This document shows positions 10,158-22,790 of a stretch of DNA of 64,000 nt, piece by piece. Source of the stretch: Scyliorhinus canicula. Its lineage: Eukaryota. The stretch covers positions 2,156,961-2,220,960 of the forward strand of contig NC_052166.1 in NCBI RefSeq assembly GCF_902713615.1. The letters are read 5' to 3'. The notes beneath the pieces are model-generated. The model searched no databases, was not told the origin of the DNA, and saw only the letters and a list, made by a program, of their open reading frames with translations. Position 1 is the stretch's first letter. Each line of letters starts with the position of its first letter. Made by a program: the position numbers and the translations under genes.

Positions 10158-12940
10158 GGCAATTCTCCGTCATCACGATAGCAGCGACAATGCGATCCAG
10201 AACTCACGTATGTTTGCATGTCATTAGCGAGTTCCCCGGTATTCTCCGGGGTCTCCGATTCTTCAATGTGCCGGGTTCCCAATAGCGTGGTTCACTTGTA
10301 CTTTTAAAAATCGTGAAACCATTGCTGTGCTTGATGAGGAAGAGAGAGGTCGGACACAGAGAGGCACAATTGTAGGAGGACATGCGATGGCAGAGCCCGC
10401 AGTGCCAACAGGGGCCACCATGTAGCCCATGCTAACATGTTGGCTTTCACCCCCTGCAGACAAGGGATCTTGCAATTCAACCAGAAATAGTGGCCTTCCT
10501 GCTGGTGGCCACAGACCTTGGGGATGCCCTGCAGCTGTTCGAGCTGGTGCTGCTTGAGAAGGAGGAAGCTGCAGCAGCGGAGCGTGCCCCAGAGGAACAG
10601 GAGGCAGCCAGCCAGGATGGAGAGCCAGTTGCCCAACAGACCAAGGAGGAGGTGGTACCAAGGATGGGTACCTGCCTCACCTATCAATCGAAGACTCCAG
10701 CTCAGCAGGGAGACAGTGCGACACATCTGCCAAATCATGGCACACCTGGCAAAGTGGGGAAATGGGGGAGGACACCCGCTCCCAGTGGCCGTCAAGGTGA
10801 CGGTCGCCCTGAATGTTTACGTGGCAGAGTCCTTCCAGAAACCAACGTGGGTATCTGTCCGGGATGTCACAGATCATGGCGCACAGGTGAATACGCACCG
10901 TCAAGGAGGCCATATATGCCCAGGCGGCTCAATATATCCACTTCAGAGCTGACCAGGATGCCTGGGCAGCAGGGTTTGCCGCCATCGACGGGATGCCTGG
11001 GTTCAGGGGGTGACAGGTGGTGATTGATGGGATTCATATCCCCTTACAAGCACCTGCAGGTGACAGGCCGCTCAACACCAGCTGAAAAGGGTTCCACTCA
11101 ATGGGCATGCAGCTGATATGTGCCCATCATGCACGCCTGCGGCCAGTACCCGGGCACTGTGCACGATATCTTCATCCTGGCACACTTGGTGATTCTTGAC
11201 ATGTTCAAGATGCACCACCCCCTCCCCACCTCTCCCCCGGGCTGTGGGATTGGCTCCTGGGCGACAGGGGTGGTCGTGACTGATGACGACTGTCCAGAGG
11301 CCACAAACTGATTCAGAGACCTGCTACAATGACACCCATACAGCAACCAGGAGTGTGATCGAGTCTAGGCAGACAAGGGAGGCCGCATGATGTGTGCATG
11401 AGGGCCAACGTGTAGGGGACGATCCAGGTTCACCAGCTGGTGGGGTGAGTGTGATCTGGCCGGGGAAGCGGACACCACATCCGCCCCCCACACCCCCTCG
11501 CCAAACACTCCCCTTGTCTGTAACCCCATCTGTGATACATACCTGCCACACTATGGGGTTCCATAGAATTTACAGTGCAGGAGGCCATTCGGCACATCAA
11601 GTCTGCACCGGCTCTTGGAAAGAGCACCCTACCCAAGGTCAACACCTCCACCCTATTCCCATAACCCAGTAACCCCACCCAACACTAAGGGCAATTTTGG
11701 ACACCAAGGTCAATTTATCATGGCCAATCCACCTAACCTGCACATCTTTGGACTGTGGGAGTAAACCGGACGCCCGGAGGAAACTCACGCACACACGAGG
11801 AGGATGTGCAGACTCCGCACAGACAGTGACCCAAGCTGGAATCGAACCTAGGACCCTGGAGCTGTGAAGCATTTGTGCTATCCACAATGCTACCGTGCTA
11901 CCAGGGATGCGGGCCCTGGGTTGGCAGTAACACCATGGGTTTGGTTTATGGGATGGAGGATGATGACAAGTTGCTCTGCGATGAGCTCCGGAGTGCTCCA
12001 TATCGTTTGACAATGTCTTTCTCCTGCCCACGGTAGCACTTTCCACCGTCCGCCTGGGTGATCCCTGCATGCAGGCTGGCCATTCCATCGCACAGTCCAA
12101 TTGAATCCCTGGGGTGACGGTGGTGGGGATGGTTGAGGGGTGAGGGATGGTGGAGGGGAGAAGGGGAGCCCAGGCCACCTACAACATCCACCCAATCCCC
12201 CCACAGCGTCCACCCACTCTCTGGCGAGCCCAGACCAGTCCACCGCTCACAGAGCACAGAGTCAAGTTGGAAACAGTGTGAACAGATGTTTAATCTGAAA
12301 ACATATATACAGATTTGTGCACTAGCTCCTATAACTAAACTGTGCCCTGCACCCGTGTCAACTTAACTGGTGTCTAACCTTCTGGTCTTATGGGCCCGAA
12401 TGCTAGGTCTTGGTGGATCCCAGACGGTACAGCAGGACTGGAGGCGGCCTGCTATGAATCCTGCCCTGTGACTTGGGTCAATGTTGGCGGGTGTCTTCTG
12501 GGGTCACCGAGCCTGGTTGAGCCCAGCTGCTGCACGGGCGTCCCAGGTGGCGTGGTACCATCCTGCTCTGCATGCTGCCAACCAGATGCACCAGGACAGG
12601 AAGGGGGGCCTGAGGTGCGGCAGTGTTCCAGCACCTCCCCAGCGGAAGTCACGACACCCCATCACCTCCTCCTCCCTCGGGATGCCCGATGCCCCCCAGG
12701 CTAATCCATGAGACAGAGGTGAGAGCAAAGTGAACCCCTCTCTGCACCTGCTGGTGCCGGATGCTCGCTGACAACCACCTAATGTAGTCCCTGGCTCAAC
12801 GGCTGCATATCCACGATTGATGGCCTCTGTCTGTTCCAGAGGCCAAAACCGGTCTGGACATCAGCTAGTCCCTAGGTCGGCCCGTCATCCGACCATCCGC
12901 CCCCTTGGGAGTTCCTACCTCCATCTGATGTACCGGAGCA
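10158..12940 (+). mobile_element. Decayed Harbinger (plus-strand transposase remnant about 10,490-11,420; convergent minus-strand Myb-gene 3' remnant about 12,300-12,760)
   Basis: TIR-like GGGCAATTCTCC. Motifs RETVRHICQIMAHL, LPVAVKVTVALNVY, IDGIHIPL, ACGQYPGTVHDIFIL. Myb tail RAHKTRRLDTS*. Confidence 0.75.
11555..11900 (-). mobile_element. HE1-type V-SINE with CR1 tail inserted in Harbinger
   Basis: tRNA head GTAGCATTGTGGATAGCA..GGTTCGATTCC, V-domain, tail CACTGTAAATTCTATG. Confidence 0.9.
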
Positions 12941-13049
12941 GCTGTGTAGTGCGCACCAGATAGTGTCGAAGGAGCCTCTTCACTAAAGTGCTCGACCATC
13001 TGCCCGGGTGTGTGGGTTGGGGGTTGCTAGCAGGGGCACAGTGCTGCCT

Positions 13050-15515
13050 ACTCACCCTGACCGTACTGAGGAGGTTGTGCAATTTGTTCTGGCGCTGCTG
13101 GGGGAGGGGGGGGGGGGGATGAGGTGGGGGTGGGACGCAGTTTCCGTGCCCCTGGCCAGTCACTGCCCTAGTCGGAAACCTGGAGGCGAACAGAGCGTCC
13201 TGTGCGTCCTGTCCCGCCACAATGCCGGAAACCCTCCATCGCTATGCTGGAGGGCCTCTCCAGAGTGGTCCAGACACCTGAACTGTATCTTCAGGATGCT
13301 GAAGCGCTGCTCAGTCATGCTCCTGGTTGCTGGGATGAGGTGGGGGTGGGACGCAGTTTCCGTGCCCCTGGCCAGTCCCTGCCCTAGTCGGGAACTTGGA
13401 GGCGATCAGAGCGTCCTGTGCGGGCTGGCCCTGGCGCACATATAGTGCGGCCTCCCATGCCTGCCTGGTCCCTCTGTCCATTCTCACCCTCCCCCACATC
13501 CTCCTCATCAGAGGAGGTGTGACATTCATCCTCCTCTTGCAGCAAGTCGCCCCTCTGCTGTGAGATGTGGAGGATGCAGCAGGCCGCCACAATGCCGGAA
13601 ACCCTCCAAGCGCTATGCTGGAGGGCCTCTCCAGAGTGGTCCAGACACCTGAACTGTATCTTCAGGATGCTGAAGCGCTGCTCAGTCATGCTCCTGGTTG
13701 CTGCATGGATGTCGTTGTAGCGGGTCTCTGCCTCGATCTGTGGCCTTCGGATAGGTGTCATCAGTCACAACCGCAGTGGGGAATCCGTCGCCCAGGAGCC
13801 AACCCCCAGCCGGGGCTGTGCCTCGAAGAGGGTGGAAATCATTGAGTGTGCCAGGACGGAGGTGTCATGCATACTGCCCTGGTATCGGGCATAGACATGC
13901 ATGATGTGCATCTCATAGTCACACACCAGCTGCACGTTCATTGAGTGGAACCCCTTTCGGTTTGTGTAAAGCGGCCTGCATCTGGTGTTCGTAGGGCGAC
14001 ATGCAACCCATCTACTACTCCCTGGACCCGGGCATCTCAGCGATAGTCACAAACTCCACTGCCCGGGAATCCTCGTGGTCGCGGTCCATATTGAAATGGA
14101 TGCATTGTGCCGCCTGGGCATATCGGGCCTTTGTGACAGGTCCCCACTCGGCACCTGGAAGGAGCACAGCGTAAAGTTTCAGGGCAAGAGTCACCTTGAC
14201 AGCCACCAGGAGGAGGTGTCCTCCCCTTTCTCCACGATGCCAGGTGCCCCATGATCTGGCAGATCTGTCTCATGTCCTCCTGGTGGGCCAGAGTCTTCGA
14301 CGGCATGCCGGGTCCTGCAGGTCCTCAAATGACAGGAGCTGCTGGTACACTCGAGACCTCATTTGGCACCTCCTTTACACCTTCTCCTCGGCCTGTTGGG
14401 CGGCAGGCTCTCCATCATCAGGCTGCCTTCTGATCCTCTGGGACCAGATCCACTGCTGCAGCTTTCTCCTCCTTAAGCAACCCCAACTCGTACAGCCACA
14501 GTACATCCCAAAGGGCTGCGGTGACTAGAAGGAAGGCCACCATTGCTGGTTGAATTTCCATATCCATTGTCTTCAGGGGATGAAAGACCGTCATGGTGTG
14601 TACCCCGTGTCCAACTAGGTCCACAGGGCTACACATGGGCCCCGGTTGGCACTGCCGCCGCATGTCCCCCCCTCCCCCATAGCCCTGTCGCTGCTAAGGC
14701 TACCATCGGTTGGCACTGCCAATAATTGGGGTGCACTGTGCCCCCGTGTTTGGTGCCACCCTGTCGGGGCGACTGTGTGCGTTGCCCTTGGTCGGGTCTC
14801 GTGATGTCCTTCGGTTGGTGGCAGCCCGTTGGGGGTCTATGACGGAGAGTGGGGTGCGGGGCTGGGATGCAGTAGTGATGGGGTGGAGGGTGGGGGCTGT
14901 GATGCAGAGGTGGTGGGATGGAGGGGGGGACTGGGGTGGAGGGCTGGGGTGCGGGCAGCCATACGGCTGGTGCCACTCCGCAGAACCAGGAACCAAGATG
15001 GTCGGTCAGTGGGGTGCGCAGCAAGATGGCTGCCTTGAAGGCCTCAGTAATGGTGGTCCCTGCCTAGACACTGCCACAGTCCCGTGAGGAGTCGCTCCGG
15101 CCCCACGCCCATCTCCTGGTCACCCTTTTCCCGACCCTGGAAGCATTCCTCCGCGCCGCCCCACTGCAGGCCGCCAAGCCTGTGTCAGGACAAGCAGCCC
15201 ATGGTCGAGTCTCTCTGTGTCAAGTATGGCATCTGTTTCTCGATTTTTAAAATTTCAGTGAACCTTCCCATTGGGAATTCGCTCCGGTAGATGCGGACAA
15301 TCGCAGAGGCCCCGGAGAATACCAGCCATGCCTGCTAATGATATGCCAACAGTGTTTATTGTATGTGCAGAGTTGAACGCATTGATGCCGCTGTCAAGGC
15401 ACCAGAGAATTGCGATTTGGTGTGAAACCGGAGCCCGCCACAATTTTGCGTCAACACTGATTTTCCGCCCAATTGCGTTTCCCAATTCCGGCGTCAGCCA
15501 ATGGAGAATCCCGCC
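13050..15515 (-). mobile_element. Decayed Harbinger with minus-strand transposase remnant and terminal TIR
   Basis: MTPIRRPQIEAETRYNDIHAATRSMTEQRFSILKIQFRCLDHSG, AVKVTLALKLY, MRQICQIMGHL. TIR GGAGAATCCCGCCC ends about 15,515. Confidence 0.78.
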
Positions 15516-16029
15516 CAAAGCCTTAAAGCTTGTCTATTTAACATTCCCTGTCCCATTCCCACTATTTTTCTTTGAGGCCCTCTTTGTTTCAGGCCCTTGA
15601 CTTCTCTGCCCATCACTTTTCTTGTTCTTCTTACTGTCCTTTGTTCTTGTCCTTGATTCCCCCTCCTCCGAGACTCAGAATTCCCAGCCTAATCCTATAG
15701 GTCTGGCAGACAGGAACATCGCTTGACAGATAAACAGTGAAGAATAAAACATATATTTTTCAAACATCTGGCTTACATAAGAAATAGCTCGACTCTGAGA
15801 ATGGCTTCTGAGATATGTCAAGCATCTACAAGTTCTGAGTGAAATTAAAGATACAAGGGGATTTCTGATCCAGTGAATAAATACATCTGTATTTCCTTGT
15901 GGAGATGAGTTGACCCAGATTCTGCACAATCATAAAAACATCCAGAGGCAATATTTTCTATTTTTTACCTCCACAAACAAAGAGATTACTCATAAATACA
16001 GATAAGGCACCAGGTCATTAGAATTCTTA

Positions 16030-16220
16030 TGTAGAGAGTGGTTAAGCTCTGGAATGCATGGTTGATGTGCATGGGAGACAGCTTGAACCAGATTGTTATC
16101 TGAAAAGGAAGAATGTTACCAAGGTTACGGAAAGAAGGTGGCAGAATGGCACTGGGTAAATTGTTCATTCGGAGAGTCAGCACAGCACAGACATAATAGG
16201 CCGAATGGCCTCCTTCTGAG
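16030..16220 (+). mobile_element. Old CR1 3' fragment
   Basis: FLCREWLSSGMHG.. degenerate TQRVV region and tail GGGCCGAATGGCCTCCTTCTG. Confidence 0.6.
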
Positions 16221-16562
16221 ACGCAGCTCCATCACAGACAAGTGCTTTGGCCATTTAAATGATTTGCCCACTATTTCAGAGGAGTGTAGGCACACAGACT
16301 TACCCTGTATGCCCGGGATAGCAGCAGCAAACACAGCAACCTCACGTCTCTGGCCTGGGAAGTTGCTGGATAGGAGGTCATCACGGCTGATTATTGAGTT
16401 CAAGGAAGCTGCAGCTGACCTGGCTGGTGGGGACAGGGGTCACTCCTGTGGGGAGGGGGAGATCCAGCAACAGAGTATGGATCATAGCTCCACCATTTCA
16501 GCAAATCCTGACAATCACAGTGAGTCACATGCAGTTTTTTTATAGTTCATGCTCATACACTG

Positions 16563-17808
16563 GGGTTAGGGTTAGGGTTAGCCCAGTTACCAGTGGCGTA
16601 CCGCGGGGATCCATTCTGGGTCCTCTGCTGTTTGTGATTTTCATTAACGACTTGGATGAGGGAGTTGAAGGGTGGGTCAGTAAATTTGCAGATGATACGA
16701 AGATTGGTGGAGTTGTGGATAGAGAGGAGGGCTGTTGTCGGCTTCAAAGAGACATAGATAGGCTGCAGAGCTGGGCTGAGAAGTGGCAGATGGAGTTTAA
16801 CCCTGACAAGTGTGAGGTTGTCCATTTTGGAAGGACAAATATGAATGCGGAATACAGGGTTAACGGTAGGGTTCTTGGCAATGTAGAGGAGCAGAGAGAT
16901 CTTGGGGTCTATGTTCATGGATCTTTGAAAGCTCCCACTCAAGTGGATAGAGCTGTGAAGAAGGCCTCTGGTGTGCTGGCGTTCATTAGCAGAGTGATTG
17001 AATTTAAGAGCCGTGAGGTGATGATGCAGCTGTACAAAACCTTGGTCAGGCCACATTTGTGTGCAGTTCTGGTCACCTCATTTTAAGAAGGATGTGGAAG
17101 CTTTGGAAAAGGTGCAAAGGAGATTTACCAGGATGTTGCCTGGAATGGTGAGTAGGTCTTACTAGGAAAGGTTGAGGGTGCTAGGTCATTTCTCATTAGA
17201 ACGGAGAAGGATGAGGGGCGACTTGATAGAGGTTTATAAGATGATCAGGGGAATAGATAGAGTAGACAGGCAGAGACTTTTTCCCCGGGTGGAACAAACC
17301 ATTACAAGGGGACATAAATTGAAGGTAAATGGTGGAAGATATAGGGGGGATGTCAGAGGTAGGTTCTTTACCCAGAGAGTAGTGGGGGCATGGAATGCAC
17401 TGCCTGTGGAAGTAGTTGAGTCGGAAACGTTAGGGACCTTCAAGCGGCTATTGGATAGGTTATTAGGGTAGAATAATGGAGTGTAGATTAATTTCTTCTT
17501 AAGGGCAGCATGGTAGCATTGTGGATAGCACAATTGCTTCACAGCTCCAGAGTCCCAGGTTTGATTCTGGCTTGGGTCACTGTCTGTGTGGAGTCTGCAC
17601 ATCCTCCCCGTGTGTGCGTGGGTTTCCTCCGGGTACTCCGGTTTTCTCCCACAGTCCAAAGATGTGCAGGTTGGGTGGATTGGTCATGATAAATTGCCCT
17701 TAGTGTCCAAAATTCTATGATTAACCTAGTACAAAAGTTCGGCACAATATCGTGGGCCGAAGGGCCTGTTCTGTGCTGTATTCCTCTATCTATCTTTATC
17801 TATCTATC
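16563..17808 (+). mobile_element. Composite insertion: (TTAGGG)3 + 5'-truncated CR1 RT + V-SINE with CR1 tail, 7-bp TSD TACACTG
   Basis: GGGTTAGGGTTAGGGTTAG at 16,563-16,581. [37 protein letters not shown] from about 17,503. TACACTG at 16,556-62 and 17,809-15. Confidence 0.88.
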
Positions 17809-18440
17809 TACACTGAAACTCTAGTGCCACAATAATGAAGGAAAAACACCAAATTACATTGGTAAATACTGAATAAGACCTGTGAGCTCTTAAAAAATGC
17901 ACATACAAGCCAAAGGTGGCTGAGCATGTAAAGCCAGTTACTGGCTGAATTGTTGGTAAATGACACTATGAGAGATATTTTTTCCAGACACGGATACTTC
18001 TAAAGCATACAGAAACTAATTGGCACCTCTCGTGGAGACAATGGGAGACCATGGGAAATGAATATAATCTCAAGAGATACTCTGTGTGAGCTGACTTCCG
18101 GTGACGTAATGTAAGCAGAGGTCACACGTGGGAAAGCTCCTACCCGAGGTTTTAGCTTCTTTGAACTTTAATGCCTGATCCCAGGGGCAATTTTTGAATA
18201 AATCGGTGTAGGAAGATATTGTGATGTCAAGGCCCAGAAGAAGAATGGCGGAAAGAAGGGGGTGAACGAAAATCTGTCGGCGAGTGAGTTGATGTCTCAG
18301 GGAGATAAAAACGTGGGAACGAGCACAATGTGGCGCTGCTCCCCCCACAAGGGATTCTCTGATCGAAGTGATAAGCGGTGAATTTGTAAGGTTGTTCACT
18401 AACTGGGCAAAGCAAAGGTGAGAGGTGAATTGGGAGGATG

Positions 18441-18744
18441 TGTTGGAACCAACAATTCTACGGACACGTGCTTGTAGGATTAGAATAGCGGTTTTAATAT
18501 ACTTACAACAGAGCCAGTCTGTTAGCCGTTGAACTTTCGGTGAACTGGCCGGCTGACCCTGTGGCACGGATCTTTATACAGAAGCTCCCGGGGGAGGAGT
18601 CCTGTGCGGAGCCAAGGGAGGAGCCCAGTACAAACTCTCAAGTACTCCTAGAGCTACTCCCCCGGTGATCAGGTAGTGCAACTGCACTTACAATATTGAT
18701 ACATATATACAGATTATAATACCGTGTGAATCTCATTCACCACA
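18441..18744 (-). mobile_element. Solo LTR (304 bp), 5-bp TSD GGATG
   Basis: TG..CA termini. TSD at 18,436-40 and 18,745-49. Mirror at 52,716-53,019 with CATCC. Confidence 0.88.
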
Positions 18745-19527
18745 GGATGCTGGTGTACAAATTTACCAGGGTTTGACAAAGGATCTGGCGAAAAGGCGGG
18801 CGGCTTTCGGATGGGTGAAGACGGCTCTACAACAAAGACGGGCGGTTTGGAGTGGTCTATCCCGTGAAATTGAGGGTGATGTACAACTCGAAGGATCTCT
18901 AGTTTGGAATGGTGGAAGCGGTGGAGATGTTCGTGAAGGCCGAAGGATTGGGACGGAAATGAGAGATGGGACTGGAAATGAAACCTGAGCTGAGGGGAAG
19001 GGGACTGGGCTTTGTCTTTGTTTTTCATCTATGGTGCTTTACATTTCTGTACTGGGGAATGCAGGGGCCCTGGGGTTGTTTGAATTTAGGAGGGTGGTCT
19101 ACCTGTGTTTAGAGGTTGTTATAAGTACTTTGGGCTTGGGGGATATGTGCATCGGCTTTATGGGAGTGTTTTTCCCCCTGGAATTGGGCTATGGAACAGG
19201 GGATTGGGAGGAGGGGGGTTTGGTTAGGGCCCCCTAACGAGCAAGCAGAGTTTGATCGTGAACGGGAGTGTGCTGGGGGATGGGGCCACTGCTGTCGAAG
19301 TCTGGTTGATCAGGTTTTGATGGGCCTGGGAGGCAGGAAAGGAGGGGAGGAGTGATAATGGCAAGTCGTTTGGGGGTTTGATGAAGTGTGAGAGGCAGGA
19401 CCCCGGTCGATGATGATGGCGGATAGGAAGGGCGGGTATGAGACCCCCAGTCAGAATAGTAACATAGAACATAGAACAGTTCAGCACAGTACAAGCCCTT
19501 CAGCCAACGAATGGGCTGGTTTATTGG

Positions 19528-20045
19528 GCTGGTTTAGCTCAGTGGGCTAGACAGCTGGGTTGTGATGCAGAACAAGGCCAGCAACACAGGCTCCATTCCC
19601 GTACCAGCCTCCCCGTACAGGCGCCGGAACGTGGCGACTGGAGGATTTTCACAGTAACTTCATACTTGTGACAATAAAAGATTATTATTATGGGCTGGTT
19701 TAGCACACTGGGCTAAATCGCTGGCTTTTAAAGCAGACCAAGGTAAGCCAGCTGTATGGTTCAATTCCTGTACCAGCCTCCCCGAACAGGCGCCGGAATG
19801 TGGTGACTAGGGGCTTTTCACATTAACTTCATTTGAAGCCTACTTGTGACAATAAGCTATTTTAATTCGGGGCTGTTAGCACAGGGCTAAATTGCTGGCT
19901 TTGAAAGCAGACCAAGGCAGGCCAGCAGCACGGTTCAATTCCCATACCAGCCTCCCCAAACAGGCGCCGGAATCTGGCACCTAGGGCTTTTCACCGTAAC
20001 TTAATTTGAAGCCTACTTGTGACAATAAGCGATTTTCATTTTCAT
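19528..20045 (+). mobile_element. Three head-to-tail tRNA-derived SINEs
   Basis: Each begins GGGCTG(G)TTTAGC and ends TACTTGTGACAATAA plus a short microsatellite tail. Mirror at about 51,410-51,930. Confidence 0.88.
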
Positions 20046-20630
20046 GTTGTGCCGACCATTTATCCTATTCTAAGATCAACCGAACCTACACCCCTTCAAT
20101 TTACTGCTGTCCATGTGCCTAAGAGTCGCTTATATGTCCCTAATGACTCTGACTCTACCACCTCTGCTGACAGTGCATTCCACACACCCACCACTCTCTG
20201 TGTAAAGAAAATGCCTCTGACATCTCCCCTGTACCTTCCTCCAATCACCTTAAAATTATGTCCCCTCATGACAGCCATTTCCACCCTGGGGAAAAGTCTC
20301 TGGCTATCCTCTCTATCCATGCCTCTCATCACCTTGTACACCTCTATCAAGTCACCTCCCTGCCTTCTTCGCTCCAGTGAGAAAAGCCCTCGCTCCCTCA
20401 ACCTTTCTTCATAAGACATGCCCTCCAGTGCAGGCAGCATCCTGGTAAATCTCCTCTGTACCTTCTCCAAAGCATCCACATCCTTCTTGTAATGAGGCGA
20501 CCAGAACTGGACACAATATTCCAAGTGTGGTCGAACTAGTTTTATAAAGCTGCAGCAAAACCTCGCGGCTCTTAAACTGTTAATGAAAGCCAACACACCA
20601 TACGCCTTCTTAACAACCCTATCAACCAGG
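20046..20630 (-). mobile_element. CR1 3' fragment inside the L1-like element
   Basis: [53 protein letters not shown]. Confidence 0.92.
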
Positions 20631-22095
20631 GTGGGAGAGAGGGACTGGTGAAGAGATTGAAAGTTTTCACTCATTTGAGGAGCTTAAAGGCTGATGTAAT
20701 GATGCTGCAGGAGACACATCTGACGGTGAAAGATCAGGCAAGTCTTCGGAAATGCTGGGTGAGTCAAGTATTCCACTCGGGGTTTGACAGTAGGGCTCAG
20801 GTGTCAGCAAGACAGTACGGTTTCAGATGGAGAAGATGGTGGCGGGGGACAGGTATGTTGTAGTGAAGGGTATGCTGGAGGGTAGGCTGCTGGTTTTCGT
20901 GAGAACATACGGTCCTAAATGGGTTTGCAAAGAAGGTGATGGCTGTTATTCCGGCTCTGGATATCCATGAGCTGATAGTAGAGGAGATTGGAACATAGTA
21001 TTGAACCCAAAGGTGGCAAGTCCCAATCGGGGGGCAGGGGGTGGGTGCGTTGACTGGGTTTATGGAGGAGCTAGAAGGAGTAGATCCATGGAGGTTCCGA
21101 CATGCAGAGGTGCGAGAGTATTCTCTTTTCTCCCTGGTACACAAGGTGTACTCAAGAATTGACTTCCTTGTGGTGGGAAAGGCACTATTGACTGGGATTC
21201 AGATATCTGAGTACTGAGCAATCGTGTTTTTGGATCATGCTCCGCACTAGATGGATGTGGTACTGGAAAAGGGGGTAGCTCAGAGGCTGGTGTGGAGAAT
21301 GGGTGTGGGGTTACGAGCAGACCGGAGCTTCTGTGAGATTGGGAAGGTGGTTGAGGAGTATGTGATATTTAATTGTACAGGGGAGGTCTCGCAATCAATG
21401 GTCTGGGAGGCATTGAAGGCAGTAGTGGGGGGGGGAAGGTGATTTCATTTAAGGTGAAGGTAGACAGGGTGGAGAGGGAAGAATGTCAAAGACTGATAGA
21501 GGAGATTTTGGAGGTAGATAGGAAGTTTGCTGAGGGCACTGTCCCGAGTCTCCTGGTTAAGAGGAAGGGGCTACAAGGGAGTTTGATCAGCTGTCCGTGA
21601 GGAAAGCGGTATGTAAGCTAAGAAAGGTGAAAGGGGCAGTATATGAGTATGGGGTAAAGGCAGGAACATTGCTGGCTGGTAAACTTCAATAGGAGGCAGC
21701 GGAGAGGGAGATAGTTCCGATACAGAATAAGGCGGGAAGTTGGTGGGGGCTCCGGAGCTGATGAATGAAGTATTTGAAGAATTTTATAGAGATCTATACA
21801 GGTCGGAGCCACCAGAGGAGGAACAGGAGATGAGGGAATCCTTGGATGGGTTAGACTGCCCGAGGTTGGGGTAGAGGGCGGGTTGGAGGAGCTAGTGAGG
21901 GTGCAGGAGGTGAAGGAGGCGATTGGGAGGATGCAGGCAGGGAATGTGGCACAGCCCGATAGGTTCCCAGCCGACCTCTATAAGAAATTTAAAGATAAGC
22001 TGGTGGGCATGTTCGAAGACACGATGGACAGGAGTGTCTTTCCACAAACAATGGGGCGGGTTTCCATCTCGTTACTGCTAAAGAACGATAAGGCA

Positions 22096-22415
22096 GGGCA
22101 GCATAGGGGCACAGTGGGTAGCGGTGTTGCTTCACAGCACCAGAGTCTCAGGTTCGATTCCCGGCTTGGGTCACTGTCTGTGTGCAGTCTGCACGTCCTC
22201 CCCATGTCTGCGTGGGTTTCCTCCAGGTGTTCCGGTTTCCTCACACAAATCCCGAAAGACATGCTGTTTGGTGAATTGGACATTCTGAATTCTCCCTCAG
22301 TGTACCCGAAAAGGTGTCGGAATGTGGCGACTAGGGGCTTTTCACAGTAACTTCATTGTAGTGATAATGTAAGTCTACTTGTGACAATAATGATTATTAT
22401 TATTATAAGGACCCG
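22096..22415 (+). mobile_element. V-SINE variant with non-CR1 tail ending (ATT)n
   Basis: tRNA head plus V-domain, then GGAATGTGGCGACTAGGGGCTTTTCACAGTAAC..GTGACAATAATGATTATTATT. Confidence 0.85.
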
Positions 22416-22440
22416 GTCGAGTGGGGGTCCTGAATACCCG

Positions 22441-22790
22441 TGCGGCAGCATGGTAGCATTGTGGATAGCGCAATTGCTTCACAGCTCCAAGGTCCCAGGT
22501 TCGATTCCAGCTTGGGTCACCGTCTGTGCGGAGTCTGCACGTCCTCCCCGTGTGTACGTGGGTTTCCTCCGGGTGCTCCGGTTTCCCCCCACAGTTCAAA
22601 GATGTGCAGGTTAGGTGGATTGGCCATGTTCAATTGTCCTTAGTGTCCAAAATTGCCCTTAGTGTTGGGTGGGGTTACTGGGTTATGGGGATAGGGTAGA
22701 GGTGTTGACCATGAATGGGGTGCTCTTTCCAGGAGCCGGTGCAGACTCGATGGGCTGAATGGCCTCCTTCAGCACTGTAAATTCTATGAT
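22441..22790 (+). mobile_element. HE1-type V-SINE with CR1 tail
   Basis: Full head, V-domain, tail GATGGGCTGAATGGCCTCCTTCAGCACTGTAAATTCTATG. The mirror copy lacks about 96 bp of the head. Confidence 0.9.

Noticed and set aside
15700-15770. Short terminal-exon-like segment (CTATAG|GT CTG GCA GAC AGG AAC ATC GCT TGA plus AATAAA)
   Set aside because: No upstream coding exon identified in the arm. Too short to distinguish from chance.
17503-17580. tRNA-like sequences (here and in the other SINE heads)
   Set aside because: A/B-box heads of SINEs followed by V-domain and LINE tails, not standalone tRNA genes.
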